DNA from: Albugo candida
Lineage: Eukaryota
DNA: 64,000 bases
Assembly (NCBI GenBank): GCA_040437565.1
Contig: JBDOQK010000060.1
Span: forward strand, 124,001-188,000
Direction of reading: 5' to 3'
How positions within the stretch are numbered: position 1 is the stretch's first letter; each line of letters begins with the position of its first letter. The position numbers and the translations under genes were made by a program. Below the pieces are notes generated by a model. That model saw only the letters and a program-made list of their open reading frames with translations, ran no database searches and was not told the origin of the DNA. Of the stretch, positions 12,628-25,469 are shown one piece after another.

Positions 12628-12662
12628 ATGGAAGCGAAACTACAACAGGTAGGTGAGATACG
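12628..12662 (-). promoter_or_regulatory. Conserved upstream motif of family A (A1 copy)
   Basis: Reverse complement TATCTCACCTACCTGTTGTAGTTTCGCTTCCAT matches 17861-17895 and the reverse complement of ~40778-40812. It lies ~150-180 bp before the ATG. Confidence 0.5.
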
Positions 12663-15393
12663 GAAGTTTTCAGTTCTATAATCTGAGAAGTAATGTGTCA
12701 TTCGCCTCACAAACCCATTATACATTCTATATTTGTGGAAAAATTTCATATGATTCTCAGCACACAGTAAGTTTACACACAGACCGCATTTTGTAAACAA
12801 ACTGGCAATCATTGGAACTCGTACTTTGGGAGTGATACGCAATAGCGATGAAATAGTCGAATAATTCCGAACCTCCAACTATGTATGTGACGTTATGCTC
12901 TATGTTTCATCACTTGGAGCCAAATCGCGTGATTATACAAGACCAAGTCACGGGAAGGAATATCAAGATGTGTGACTTCATACAATCAACTTTCTAGGAA
13001 GCTCTTTATTGGAAGCATCGTGAACTTTTGTTTCTCTATGCTTTAGTTTCCTCGTTGACTCGCGTATGTTCAAATGTATGTTGGATGACCAGATTGAATC
13101 CTCAACGATCTCGGAATACCTGCGCGAAGACTTCCTCCACCATGAGAAGATCTTATTAATTGTCCCCTGGGGAGGTGTGACGTATGCGCTACATGATGAT
13201 TGTCGAAGGTTTACTTTGGTTTCATCGACTACAGTCCCCGTAACTATCTCTGGGTGAACAGAAATGGAGAGTATCCGCAGTCAAGGCTATACTATCATGG
13301 TCTTAAGCACCAAAGGCTTCATAGCGATAATACGCATTTAGTCTGCGAAACTTTATTTTATGGGTGCAGATGATTCGATTGCTTCGAGAAAGTCGAGTGA
13401 AGACTCCTGGCAGCCATAGTATCGATATGTGGCGTAAGAGTTTTTCTGGTCTCGATCACGAAAGTATGATATCCCGGTGAATCAAAGTGCGGGAATTGAC
13501 ACAATTTCGACGCATTTTGGCCATATCCGACACTGTCAAGACTTGACCTGCTGCAGGAACTGATAGCGATGATTCTGTCAATGTGCTCACTTCCTGAGGT
13601 AGATGATTAAGTCAACTCTTGGCAACATGTACACGATGACAAAACCTTTGAGAACACTTTTGCGAGTGGGCGTTGTGATAGTTCAACAGGAAGTGTTATA
13701 ATACAATCAAAGATCGATGACAACAAGGACGGCTGGTCTCGCCAATGTAACTTATTCAAGCGCGGTCACCACATCAAGCCGAACGTCATGGTCTCAATCA
13801 TCATCCTTTTTAAATTCTACTGAGCAAATCCATTGCTACTTCAGCAATGTCTTCGACCATTCGTCGTACACGTTAAGAATTTTTCACATCCCTTTTGTGT
13901 ACTGAACCTATCTCACTCGATGATACAATAGCGCAACACGCGTCATCACGAAGCTTGAAACGCATCTAGTACGAATATCTGAATTTTGATTGTGACGTCA
14001 ATTATTAAGTGCTGGCACGTAAACCGATCAGGTTTCAAAGTCATATTCATTGAACCATGTGTTTTGCATCAAATCGTCAAATCGCTATAAATCGCAATTC
14101 AGAGTCAGCCGAATCCTCGATCTTATCGTTGCACAACTGCACAATTCCACTGGTTCAAACAACACAACTAATTACATTTCAGCAAATCGGTAAGTTGGAG
14201 TGTTTGTATTGAGTTTGACGTGAAAGAAAAGGATTACATTTGCACGAAAAAGACCCGATAGTCTTCGTCTATCAATAAATGTTGTAACAATACGTCTATC
14301 GAGTGTACATAAAACGTTTTAAAGTACTGCTCTGTATTCCAAGTTTAGTGTTAATGCATTGGTACATCGGTATGTGGGTCGTTATGTAATGACCGATCGC
14401 TCTCAGCGTAGATATTCTGACCTCACCCACAGGTTTCTCGTTTTCTTTACTTTTTTTCGTGAAGCGAATTGCTTCAATCCACATTGACTCATCACACCAA
14501 TCACGCTTACACAGTCTGCATTTTCGCTCGACGAACGAATGACGTTTTAATAGAGCGGGGTCCATGAGTTGATACTCTCTCATTCGCTTTTGAGATCAAG
14601 TAATATCGCTAGACTTTGTTGGCACGATTTGATCGATTGCAAACGTAAGACCCGTCAGAATTGCTGATGTCAGTATGCCGAGAATCAAGTGCTCGCACAC
14701 AATCATTGAGAGACCGACAAACAGGCGTGTACTTTGTCAAGGTTTTCATTACACTGTTTATCTGGTTCTTTAACTACCTTCCTTATCCTATCATGAGCCC
14801 CTGACCGTGTGAATATCACTTAAGTCTGACTTCAAACCTAGGGAGGCAGATATTTTCCAANNNNNNNNNNNNNNNNNNNNNNNNNNNNNNNNNNNNNNNN
14901 NNNNNNNNNNNNNNNNNNNNNNNNNNNNNNNNNNNNNNNNNNNNNNNNNNNNNNNNNNNNGGCAACTACACCAGAAAAGACTGTACAGGAGTTGGACCGG
15001 GCTCTTCAGAGCGTTACATACTAGTGATTAGAATAGAGTAGATAACCACCAAACTGTAGTAACAGATAGGTGTCTAAATAAAAGTACTACGGGCGAACAC
15101 GCTTAACTGAGCTGGGTACGGACCCTCAAACAGGTGTGTACAGGTCGACCCTGCAAGTGACCTTGATATAGGATATCTGCCAAGTGTGGCGGTGTAATGA
15201 ACTGCTCGACCGTACTTGATAATCGACACAAGTGTCAATATAAGGAGATATGATATCAGTCTCACAAGTTATTTCGGCACTGCAGAATATTTCCCAGTAT
15301 TGAAAGGCTAGTTCTCACTACATGATTGCGTTAATGCTGATGGAAGGGGCATGGTTCATCCAACGCAGAAAATCTGTCTACATGAGTCTACTT

Positions 15394-16825
15394 CTATTTC
15401 GTATGCAGCACATACACTATTGCTTTCAGCCTCAAGATTCTAATGGAGAACACTGAATCGTAATGTGGCATGTATAAAATACCGTCCATAATCGAGATAT
15501 AATGCCAAGTTGTGCCATTTGGCTGTTGGACCGCTACTTTAAGAAATATTTGCGTACTTTTAGCCTTCATACTGCGGTCCAAGTCAATCACAATTGTGTA
15601 AGAGGAACCCAGTCGACTGACGACAATTTGGATGGCTCTTTGAAATCCCTTTACGAAGTTTTCTACAACACAGATTGCGAGTTTCGACACTTAAAATCTG
15701 CACAATGCAAAAGTCCATCGAAAGTGCTCCTGTACGCTCGTTACGACATTTTCACAGCTTTTTTCGTCAACTCTGAAACAATAGATTGAGGAAGCAGATA
15801 ATGTCAGATAAGGTAAAAAAAGGATGATCGCAACTCAAAATTGAAGTCACATACCAAGTGGTTCTGTTAGGCATGGATTCTATATTGAAAGCATATTCTC
15901 GCAAGGTGAACGCTATTGTCCGTAACGCTGACAGGTACAACCATGAGGCAAAAGTTCTCATCTCCCATTCATCGGCCTTTGACTAGGCCTGTATTGATAC
16001 CTTTCTATACGAGGCGTAAATGCATAATAATCGTACACCAGCACAGTAAAGCTTAATTTTTCCGGCGATACAATTAAGCTGAGCGCTTATTTGGTTAGGC
16101 AACTAGAAACGAATAGCTCCATACGAAGTGTCATAAATGAGATTCTTTTGTAGCTTTGGTCCAGCACCATAATAATCGATTAAACGCTCTTGTGCTATCA
16201 GTCACGTAACTTCGATATACATGAGTGATGTATCTCGGGAAAAGATCATCTTTGAAAGACATACCCATGCAAGCAGTAGATGTGAGACGTAGCAGTAGAG
16301 AGATGTACGATAAGACCATAGCCCGAAGCGAGCTCTCCTTAAACGAAAGCTGTATTGTGAGCTGTCTTTGTGCCAGTCATGAGCGAAATGACTTTTGGTT
16401 TTTTTCGGCACGCTCCACCGTAGCATTCTTGTGCACTGCACACANNNNNNNNNNNNNNNNNNNNNNNNNNNNNNNNNNNNNNNNNNNNNNNNNNNNNNNN
16501 NNNNNNNNNNNNNNNNNNNNNNNNNNNNNNNNNNNNNNNNNNNNTAGTAGGTCTACTGACCAATACACAAAAGTCAACACCCAACCAAAAAACTGCAGAT
16601 CTCAGTACTAGGTGAGTTCCAGCACCATAATACTCGTTCTGACGCACTTGTGCTATCAAGTCGTGAACTTTGACATACATAACTGATGTGAGAGAATGAT
16701 GCATCTCGGAAAAAAGATCATCATTGTAAGACATACCCATGCGAGCAGTAGATGTGAGACGTATCATCAAAAAGATGGACGATGAGATCATAGCCCCAAG
16801 CGAGCGCTCTTCGAACGAAAGCTGA
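15394..16825 (-). pseudogene. Two diverged tandem remnants of a third, possibly secreted, family (C), divergent from A2
   Basis: 16160-16350 and 16605-16825 are diverged direct repeats encoding MVLSYISLLLRLTSTACMGMSFKDDLF and MISSSIFLMIRLTSTARMGMSYNDDLF. Frames downstream are broken. Confidence 0.4.
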
Positions 16826-17399
16826 TTGATCGATCTAACAAACCTAGCCAGATGTTGTCACAAGTTTTCGAATACTGAGTCACATCGCCGTGTTATATCA
16901 GCGTCATTTATTCTCATACAAACGAGGAGTAGATGCATTTATGTCCGATTATTAAAGACATATACAGCATGATCTATTCTATTATGTTGAATTAGAGGGG
17001 GCTTGGAAGGAAGATTGTATAGGACACGACTTCGAGAAAAATGCAAAGTACGTTTATTAAGTTTTACATTGCTGAATCCCCAGCATGGCCTTTAGTGTCC
17101 AATGTGGTCTACACCATCATCAACATACAAATCATCAAACGGTAGTACACAGCGAATTTGAATGTAGATCAAACGATCTAGCAAACAAACAATTTCTGTG
17201 TTGATCCCGATGGATGCAAGCAAAATTACGGATCGCGTTGGTGATGGCTTCATCAACTCGAGCACTGTCATGCGCGACTCTGGAACGCTATTGCATTGAG
17301 AGTATGTCTTTTCCCAGTTAACGGCTTTACGAAGGCTATCAAAGCCTATGGCCTCCATACTCCCAAAGTACGATTTCAATTATTAGGGATGTGCAGCTT

Positions 17400-17870
17400 A
17401 CCCTACGTTGAATGAAATATATTTAAAATCTATAGAATGTACATGATGGCTAGGTAAGGCGAATGTTTACGTTATTTTTCAAATAATGTGAGATTCTTTC
17501 TATACACTCAAGAAAGCAATTCTTTCACTTTACGTACGGAAGATACGTATTTTATTACATCAAGTTGTTTATTTGCAGGGAAGGAACACGACTAGTGTGC
17601 TGCGCACCTTTGTGTGCTAGGTGCGCAACCTAAGTCTGATGATTACGTTGCGCTTGAAATTTCAAAAATCTAGAAAGTAGGTAATGACTAGGTAAAGCGA
17701 ATGATTTCGTTACCTCAGCTGTTAAATGTTATGAGTTTCTTTATATATTGTAAGAAAAGAGTTTTCTTTTTACTTGTACCTGCGGAATCATAAGCCTTTT
17801 ATTACACTAAAGTTGTCCATTTGCGGGCAAAGAACACGGGTAGTGTACTGCACACCCATGTGTCTCACCT
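17400..17870 (+). repeat. Diverged ~240 bp tandem duplication in the A2 upstream region
   Basis: ctaggtaa.gcgaatg at ~17450 and ~17688; ttttattaca..aagttgt..atttgc.ggg.a.gaacacg..tagtgt.ctgc.cacc at ~17550 and ~17797. Confidence 0.75.
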
Positions 17871-18043
17871 GCCTGTTGTAGGTTTGCTTCGATGCCCCAA
17901 AAAGTACGGTTACAATCCTTTGAAAACGTTGTCAAAGTGTTGTACGAATTCACAATTGAATGGCGTGTATAATACAGCTTCCATTTGAACCATCAAAGAC
18001 TTGTTTACAACCAAACATTCGACGAACCTCCACCACGATCAAG

Positions 18044-19189
18044 ATGTATCGATTGAAAGCGTATTGTATCGCCATGCTTGGAGTATCGACAGCGTATCAT
18101 CATTTCGTGAGCGGTGAGTACATGAAACTGATCAGAAGAAGTAAGACGGGAGTTTGGACATTGCGAGTGGGGATGGCTGTAGAAATAGCATCGGTGTATT
18201 ATGAAAAAAGTGGAAGTTCAGAAAATGTAATGGCATTTTACGTAAATGATGATGAGGACCCTGGTCGTGTTTGGCAAGCTTGCTGGCCTCATAACAAAGT
18301 TGAGGTGAGCTATCATCACACTAAAGCTGATGAAGGTAGACATTCTCCATCCAAACAGATGAAAGTAGTCGTATCAAGCGACTCTACTATTCCAAATGCA
18401 CCACAAGACGCGATGCCATGGACCTATCTCTACGATCCAAGTAAAAAAACGGATGGGCATACGACTGAAGAAATGAAGCATTTCGACACATTGAATCTGG
18501 CTGGTAAATTTGTCCCGTGTTGGAAATACCACGATAGGCTAGAAGACGACGTAGAAAATCATGAAAAAGCATATATCCCAGACATGTGGCGGACAAGAAA
18601 GCGAAAAGAAAATGAATCAGCCCGCATTTTACTCAATCCCAACACGTTCCTCCAATTCGCTCCAAAAGGAGTGTATTCTTATGAAGTAACGGATGAGTAT
18701 CAGAGAATTCATGCAGGAGATATGTCAGCGACATATAAAAACCCCGGTAAAGTTGAATCGGTATTCATACCAGAGAACGAGGTCATGTTTTCAACGGTTA
18801 TTATGAATGGTGAGTCATTTCAGAACCAGAAATTCCATTTCTCACCTGGTCATGAAAGGCCTCTTATGCCAAACGACATGTATGGTGTGTGGAGAAAGCA
18901 GCTCAAAAAGGAAGGCTATTCAATCAAGGAAGACGAATACCAACGTACAGAGAATTCAGCTGGGGGGGATGCTGAGTACGAAAATTCAATGACGATGACA
19001 ATTTCAGACAACCAATCATTGCACGTCTCCCTGCCCGCAGATTACAGCACAGTTGCAGTAGGACGCCTTGTGCTTTTTCTTCCGACTTCAGCAGATCACT
19101 GGGTTTTGGACGATCTCTTTTTCAAGGGTTATACCATCATCATCGATCAAAATGCTTTCCCTAGAAAGTACAAATTTATTCAGAGATAG
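18044..19189 (+). CDS. Family A copy A2: intact 381 aa putative secreted protein, pepsin-fold-like, no catalytic DTG/DSG motifs
   Basis: Intronless ORF. Start at MYRLKAY chosen by alignment with paralogue N-termini. Motifs VMAFY, CWP, YDPSKKT, PCW, APKGVYSY, WVLDDLFFKGYTIIID. Confidence 0.85.
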   Translation: MYRLKAYCIAMLGVSTAYHHFVSGEYMKLIRRSKTGVWTLRVGMAVEIASVYYEKSGSSENVMAFYVNDDEDPGRVWQACWPHNKVEVSYHHTKADEGRHSPSKQMKVVVSSDSTIPNAPQDAMPWTYLYDPSKKTDGHTTEEMKHFDTLNLAGKFVPCWKYHDRLEDDVENHEKAYIPDMWRTRKRKENESARILLNPNTFLQFAPKGVYSYEVTDEYQRIHAGDMSATYKNPGKVESVFIPENEVMFSTVIMNGESFQNQKFHFSPGHERPLMPNDMYGVWRKQLKKEGYSIKEDEYQRTENSAGGDAEYENSMTMTISDNQSLHVSLPADYSTVAVGRLVLFLPTSADHWVLDDLFFKGYTIIIDQNAFPRKYKFIQR

Positions 19190-19249
19190 TGAAGATCACC
19201 CCGAATGAATGGAGAGACCAGCATCAATGAGAACTGAACTGAGTGTGTG

Positions 19250-20953
19250 ATCTCAAAGGCGGAACCATCCTACTTACGAAACAAATTTCAGCATATTCAG
19301 CAGTTGAAGAGCACGAAGTAGTTTACTTTTAGGCCACGATAATTGCTCAATACATATCAAACTTATCTCACACGCATAACTAGTATCGTAGACGTTGCTT
19401 CTCACGAGTTCTTTCGTGGCACCATCCTGTACGTCTCAAAGCGCTCCTGCACAAAGATGAGCTTTATTTTTTAAAAGTGCATCCTTCTGTATGCCTTATT
19501 ATGAGTTTCAAAGCCAATATATCCTACCAATCGTGCTGTCCACTGATGTTTGCTTTTGCAATTTGTTTGCATACCCAGTTTTATCATTCGTGAAGCATAC
19601 TGTCGAGCGTTCCTCCACAAAAATAGACCGAGGAAGTAGATCTTCTCGATGGAACATGCATCACCAAAGAACGTCATGAACTTGAGGCTATTTGAATGCA
19701 TATCATCCTGCTACCTCCTTTATTTTTGAGAGTTTTTGGGTGGGCTTCAGCAGGTGTCAAGTTTGGATACAAGTTTGTCAAGACGTGATTTCAATGAGCT
19801 CGCTATCGTCTCCACAAGTAGTGGTTCCTGATGTACACCTCTGGCATATATCTTCCCTCTGTCTGATCATGCTAAAATGTACATTCGCCTGTTTCTTCTG
19901 ATAAATTCCATGTTTATTTCACAAGGTGAGGATGAGACACATGTGCTCTTCGTCGCCTCAAGCATTATGTCATTGACAGTGTGATTGAATGGAGCGTACA
20001 TTGTATCTGATGAAAATGGGGCTGACCATACAGATTACTGATTGACATCAGAACTAGCTTGATTAGATGGATAACCATTTCGCCGACCATATTGTTGGTA
20101 GGCCACAGACATGAGACGAGCTGAGTCAGTTGTTATAATTGAGGGATCTCGCGTAAGATGTTACACAGTGCGCAAATGTCCAATTGTACACGTAAGTTGC
20201 ACCGCCCTTGTTGCCAATCATGTAATTCTACCATAATCTTACTTGATGTACAAACATTAGACCCATTTGTGGCTAGGCAAATATTTTGCCATCATCTATC
20301 TCTTGAGTAGTTTTGGAACAGTTGTCATAGTAGTACACTCTTGAATTGCATTCCATACAGCTTTGAAGCGCAAAATCATTAGTGTCAGCTGTCTGCAGCA
20401 TGCGGGATCTCGACAGTGTGAAGATGACTCCGTAGGACGGTGAGGTTGCAAGATTTTGCCGCATTCTACTGCATTTGATAAATCATCGTAGAGACCACCA
20501 TTACTCAGTTGACGTCGCTTATGGAATTTCCAGACGATCGACTGCAAAACGTTTTCCATCAGCGTTCTGATCTGATTCATTCGCATCTAAAAGCTTTGCA
20601 ACTCTGTACCATAAGAAGAGAGCCTGATATGTTCCGACACGATCCTTCTTTCCACATAGAAATAATTTCCAAGCCTATCTCGTCGTCCACTTGCTGCGCA
20701 TCTTGTAGACAGCATCCAATCGATTCTGATCACGGGTGAAGGCGCCACGTAAGAGAGACTCCAGATGCTGGGCAATTAGATAGCTTGCTTCGAACCAAAC
20801 TCACACAAGTCAACGTCCATACCAAAATACACAGAAACCAATACACATTGAGTGAGATTCCAATCTAAGTTTACAGTGACATCCTCCAAAGTTAATAATT
20901 CTTCCTATGATAGCACAATGGTGATGAATTAGACAGGATAATGTCACGTACAT
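19250..20953 (-). pseudogene. Family B copy B2 (multiple stops and frameshifts)
   Basis: Starts ATGTACGTGACATTAT (shared with 25357). Peptides VSVYFGMDVD, LQSIVWKFHK..LYDD, KHQWTARLVG and ERFETYR are shared with other B copies. Confidence 0.65.
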
Positions 20954-21339
20954 AGGTTTTGGTTTGTGATGTTTTATCAAAAGTAGACATATGTCAATTG
21001 GTCATTAACATCAATATACTACTGCATCCATTACTGATAAATGATCGCACTCAGAAGTCAAAGTGCCGAGAAGCTGTATATTTGTTTTGCCTCATACATG
21101 GATAGGTTACGCAAGAATGTGGTAAGGTGGTCAACATTTCATCAACGCATTCGTTATTGCACACTTGCAGCTACCAAAAACATGTGACACGTTATGTCAG
21201 GACTTGAGATAAATGAATTTGCCCGTACTATTACACTGGATCGGACACATTGTATAGCGTTCTTCCGGGTTCCACATGATACCGAAAGATAGGTTTCTAG
21301 TCTGGAAAAAAAGTCGTCTTCATTGTACAAATGTGCTAT

Positions 21340-23595
21340 AACCATGTACAGGGTCCCAAACACCCACTTACTTCACATCTACTGGATAAAAGTCTTCGGT
21401 ACGGAGGAGAGACCACTACACTATCGGGTCAGGACACTACCGTGTCGTAAGCAGCTAGGTTCCGAGATGATGAGAAACGCGATATCCGAGCCGATGTACT
21501 GGATATGCATACACTAGTGTTCAGTATGGCTGACAAGGCGTATCGTAATTCCCGCAGTCCAATGATCGTAAAGAGGGGCTGGGCTTACCACAACAAGCCA
21601 ATCGATTTCATCAGCAGGTCCGATGGTAAAACTGGATATCACAAATTTCATNNNNNNNNNNNNNNNNNNNNNNNNNNNNNNNNNNNNNNNNNNNNNNNNN
21701 NNNNNNNNNNNNNNNNNNNNNNNNNNNNNNNNNNNNNNNNNNNNNNNNNNNAAAAAAGACCAAGGGGAGACCAGTGTCATCGTAAGACTTTGTCCTCCCA
21801 TCCGATTTTAGAATATTTTGGAAATGCTTGGCCATGTGAAACGATACTAGCTCGAGATTTAGGAATTCATCGATCTGCTATTCTATGCCGCTGGCCAAAT
21901 CATTGCGGCATCGATTCAGACGTATCTTTGGAAAAGGTCCTTTTGGCATATCAAGCGGAAATCGAACGCCATTACGAAATCTTCCATGAGTTGCTGGCGG
22001 ATGCCAATACTGAAGATAAGAAGCGTCGGTTTCGTCAATCACAAAAGCCCCGTGATTTCATCACTTGAATTAAAGTACTTTCACAAAACGGATGAATGGA
22101 ATTAAAGTTAAAATACAGTTAGACGATTTACAAGCACCAATGGACAGGATGGACTCTGCATCGACGCTGCTTTTGGTACAATCGCTATTTGGGGAATGAC
22201 GCATCGATGAAGCTGCAACTGAGTGGACTGGAATCGAAGGGTACAAGCTTCTTGCGAATACAAACTCATTGCAAAATATGACACATATGTGATAAATCAG
22301 CGTAGAAGACGCCTGGAGCACAGGGGACGTAATGGCGCGATATATCTACCATCAGCATTGACAGGCTCGTAGATCACATCAACTGACGAGTCGAGTGTGA
22401 GTTTGATACTGATAAGCTCGTTATTGGGCTACTGGCTACTTGAGAAATTTGAAAGACCTCAGCAATACTTTCATCGACGCGTTCTTCGTCTTAAACAAAA
22501 ATTTACGATTGTGGAGCTTTATTAGCTTGCTCGACAACAGCTTGGGCGTTGACCTAATTAAAACGAAAGCATTGGGCATTTTGAATATTTTAGATAAGGA
22601 ATGTATACATCTCCAAGGAAACGACTGAACATTCGCACAGAAATTGTATCGTCAACATGGTGAACATCCTACCTTTGGTTTTTGTGACAAGAACAAAGAT
22701 GTCCTCTGCTCGGAACTCATCAATTTCATCAAGCAATCCCCGAGGCTTTTCGTTGCGAGTTTGGTGATAAGTTCAGTCGAAGTACAAGTTCAGTTACCGA
22801 AAAAAGCAGACGGATGCACGATTCACGTCAAGCTGGTACTTATGAAAGCGGGAAAAATCGGTGTAGTTCAAGGACCCAATTTCGCAATCACCTGAAAGAG
22901 CTGCTTGATACAATTGGAGTCAGCAGTTACCATTATGCGCGATGTCTCAAGCCAAATGACACCTAAACACCTTTCAAGTTCATTGTCATACGTGTTTGTA
23001 GAGCAGCCATTCAAATCGTAGAACATTTGGCAAAACGGTATGCCGAATTTATCGTAAGTATCCAGGCAATGGTACCCGGATTTGTACAATGTCATCGATA
23101 CAGACGTCAGAAAATTGCTTGTGTCCGTACACAAAGCGCTGTTCAAGGTTTCCTCGTCCGATATAGATCCATCGAGCGGGAAAAACGCCTTCGAGCGGAA
23201 GCTGATAGGGTTTGTCAGCTTCAGAACTGAAAGATGAGACATCTTCGAACGGTTCCAAGCTCATTCGCGAAAGACATAGTTCCGACCCAATATCCGATGA
23301 CTCCACCGACGAAAGCTCTCGACCAACCGCAATATCACTGAAATTGCCGCAGAACTGGGTGATCGTGGAACTTTGCGACTACGATTGACAAGAGATTTCG
23401 TGTGTACGACGACGAAGGCTCCGGACGCCTGACGTTGGGTGATCGGACGCGGTCAGTCATAATGGATCCCGAGGACCCAGTCTAGCATATCGCCGCCAAT
23501 TGCTGTAACGCTCACGACGTGTTGCGTCTGCTACAAAATGGCTCCGATATCAATATTCGTAATCGTCGTGGTCGAACACCGTTGCATACCGCTAC
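21340..23595 (+). pseudogene. Myosin pseudogene 1 (motor to first ankyrin repeat, with deletions)
   Basis: Collinear DNA similarity to 230-2865 (e.g. FGFCDKNKDVLCSELINFIK, RRQKIACVR), with frameshifts and stops. Confidence 0.93.
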
Positions 23596-23699
23596 TCTTT
23601 GAAACCAGAAAAATTACAGACCAAACGCATATTGTCAGAGTTTCCTTTTTGATGGTTTTCTTTGGCTTCTTTGGCGTCTTTGCCTTCACCCTTTCTTGC

Positions 23700-25357
23700 A
23701 TTTGCTTCTAGGTTTGACACGACATGCATGCATGCGATACTATTTTTGCATCATTATTGCAGCATCTTTCAGAACCTATTATCATACAGATGAGATGTCC
23801 TTTAATGATAGATGCTTAGCGAGACTGACTTTGCTTTATGCTCGTTTCCGGCAGATCATTTCTTATTAATGTTTTTTTTTCGCATTGATACGAATTTGTT
23901 CCTCAGCGAGCGTAAATATTATCAGAGCTATGATTCGACCTGTTTCGGCAAATAACCATTTTGAAGTGATGCTCAAATGTCTGATAGGTGTTCGCATTAC
24001 TGGGATACAAAAGCTCGAGGAATTGTAGTTGCGTGATAATATTCTCCAAGACTCGATCGTTTTCCTCAGTAACAGCCTTTCACTCGGATGTCAGGCGAGT
24101 AATATAAGCGCAACAGATATTCACTCCACGATGAACTTGCACAATTTGATTTGTATAAAATGTGCTTCATGAGCTTTCTTGTTATGCCTTTTCCAGATCC
24201 TTTACTCCAATTTACGAATTTTGCTTTAGTACTTCACATATTCATAATCGAATGTATGTTATCAAAGATCATGAGCGCGCAACATTCGCAGTAGCCTGCA
24301 ACTATAAGTAAACATTCTGTAGCTGCTTCTCTAACCTTCTGACTCGTCCATGTTTCATTTTATAAAATCAATAAAAAAATTACCTTCCTTGTGCAGCTCA
24401 TCATCATCAGTATATCTTACTCGAATCTCGACTACATGTACAACATTCCTTTTTTCCTTTCGATTGATTTATGTGGTTGACGTTGTAGAGCACCCTCTTG
24501 CAGAGTCGGCTTTATTTTGGCTGTCTAAATAGTATCTGAGAGGTATTTTGATCTTTGCCTCCCAGTAAACCACCTGTATGCCTGGAGCTACTTTCTGTCA
24601 GGTTTTGAAACCCACTTGTTGTGCAAGTTTCATCATCCTCCAATTCTATAATGTACCTACACTTGAACATCAGAAATTAGTTATTTCTATCTACCGAATG
24701 TAACAGTGCGTTCCGTGCGTCGATCTCACGATATATGCATACGGGCCAAAAAAGCGGCGAAGTGATCGCTTGCTTCACAGCATCCAGGCAAGCTGAACCA
24801 TTGCTTTCGGTACTGCAGGAGTGATACCCACTACTATTCGTTGCATCGAAACGGAAAAGGAATTTGCAGACTCAAAGCACTGAATAGCACTTAATTCCGA
24901 AAATCAAACCGACAGCGTGGTCGGAGCAGGTACCAATACTCNNNNNNNNNNNNNNNNNNNNNNNNNNNNNNNNNNNNNNNNNNNNNNNNNNNNNNNNNNN
25001 NNNNNNNNNNNNNNNNNNNNNNNNNNNNNNNNNNNNNNNNNTGACAAGCGCAAGTTTCAAGCTTTTTTATTGTCCACATGATACGTAGCCCTGCAAAAAC
25101 ATCCAATAGCTTCTGCTCACGGGTGGTAGCGTCACGTAACAGGTTTCAAGATTTGAAAACATTTGGATTAAATAGCTTGCATTCAACCAAACAACCAAAC
25201 AAACGCACGTCAACGTTTACACCAAAGTACACAGAAACTGATAGACATAGCGATCACAATCAAAGAGCGTCTAGGATTTCCAGTGAAGTTTCTGAATTCT
25301 AATTACGACAATGCCACAATGTAAGCGATAAACTGGACAGAATAATGTCACGTACAT
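23700..25357 (-). pseudogene. Family B copy B3 (5' part clear, 3' extent uncertain)
   Basis: ATGTACGTGACATTATTCTGT start and VSVYFGVNVD match B2. Downstream similarity is patchy. Confidence 0.5.
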
Positions 25358-25469
25358 ACTACAAGTTTTTCCAACCCGAAATAGACACATTACCCTACAG
25401 GTGGTAGGCAGGATGGATTTCTAGTCCAAATAATAAAGTCTTCTGCATCGTACAAATGCGCTGTAAACG

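Noticed and set aside
14690-15270. Possible solo LTR or PBS-like sequence (atcatgagccc)
   Set aside because: No second copy, TSD or coding remnant could be confirmed, and it is interrupted by a gap.
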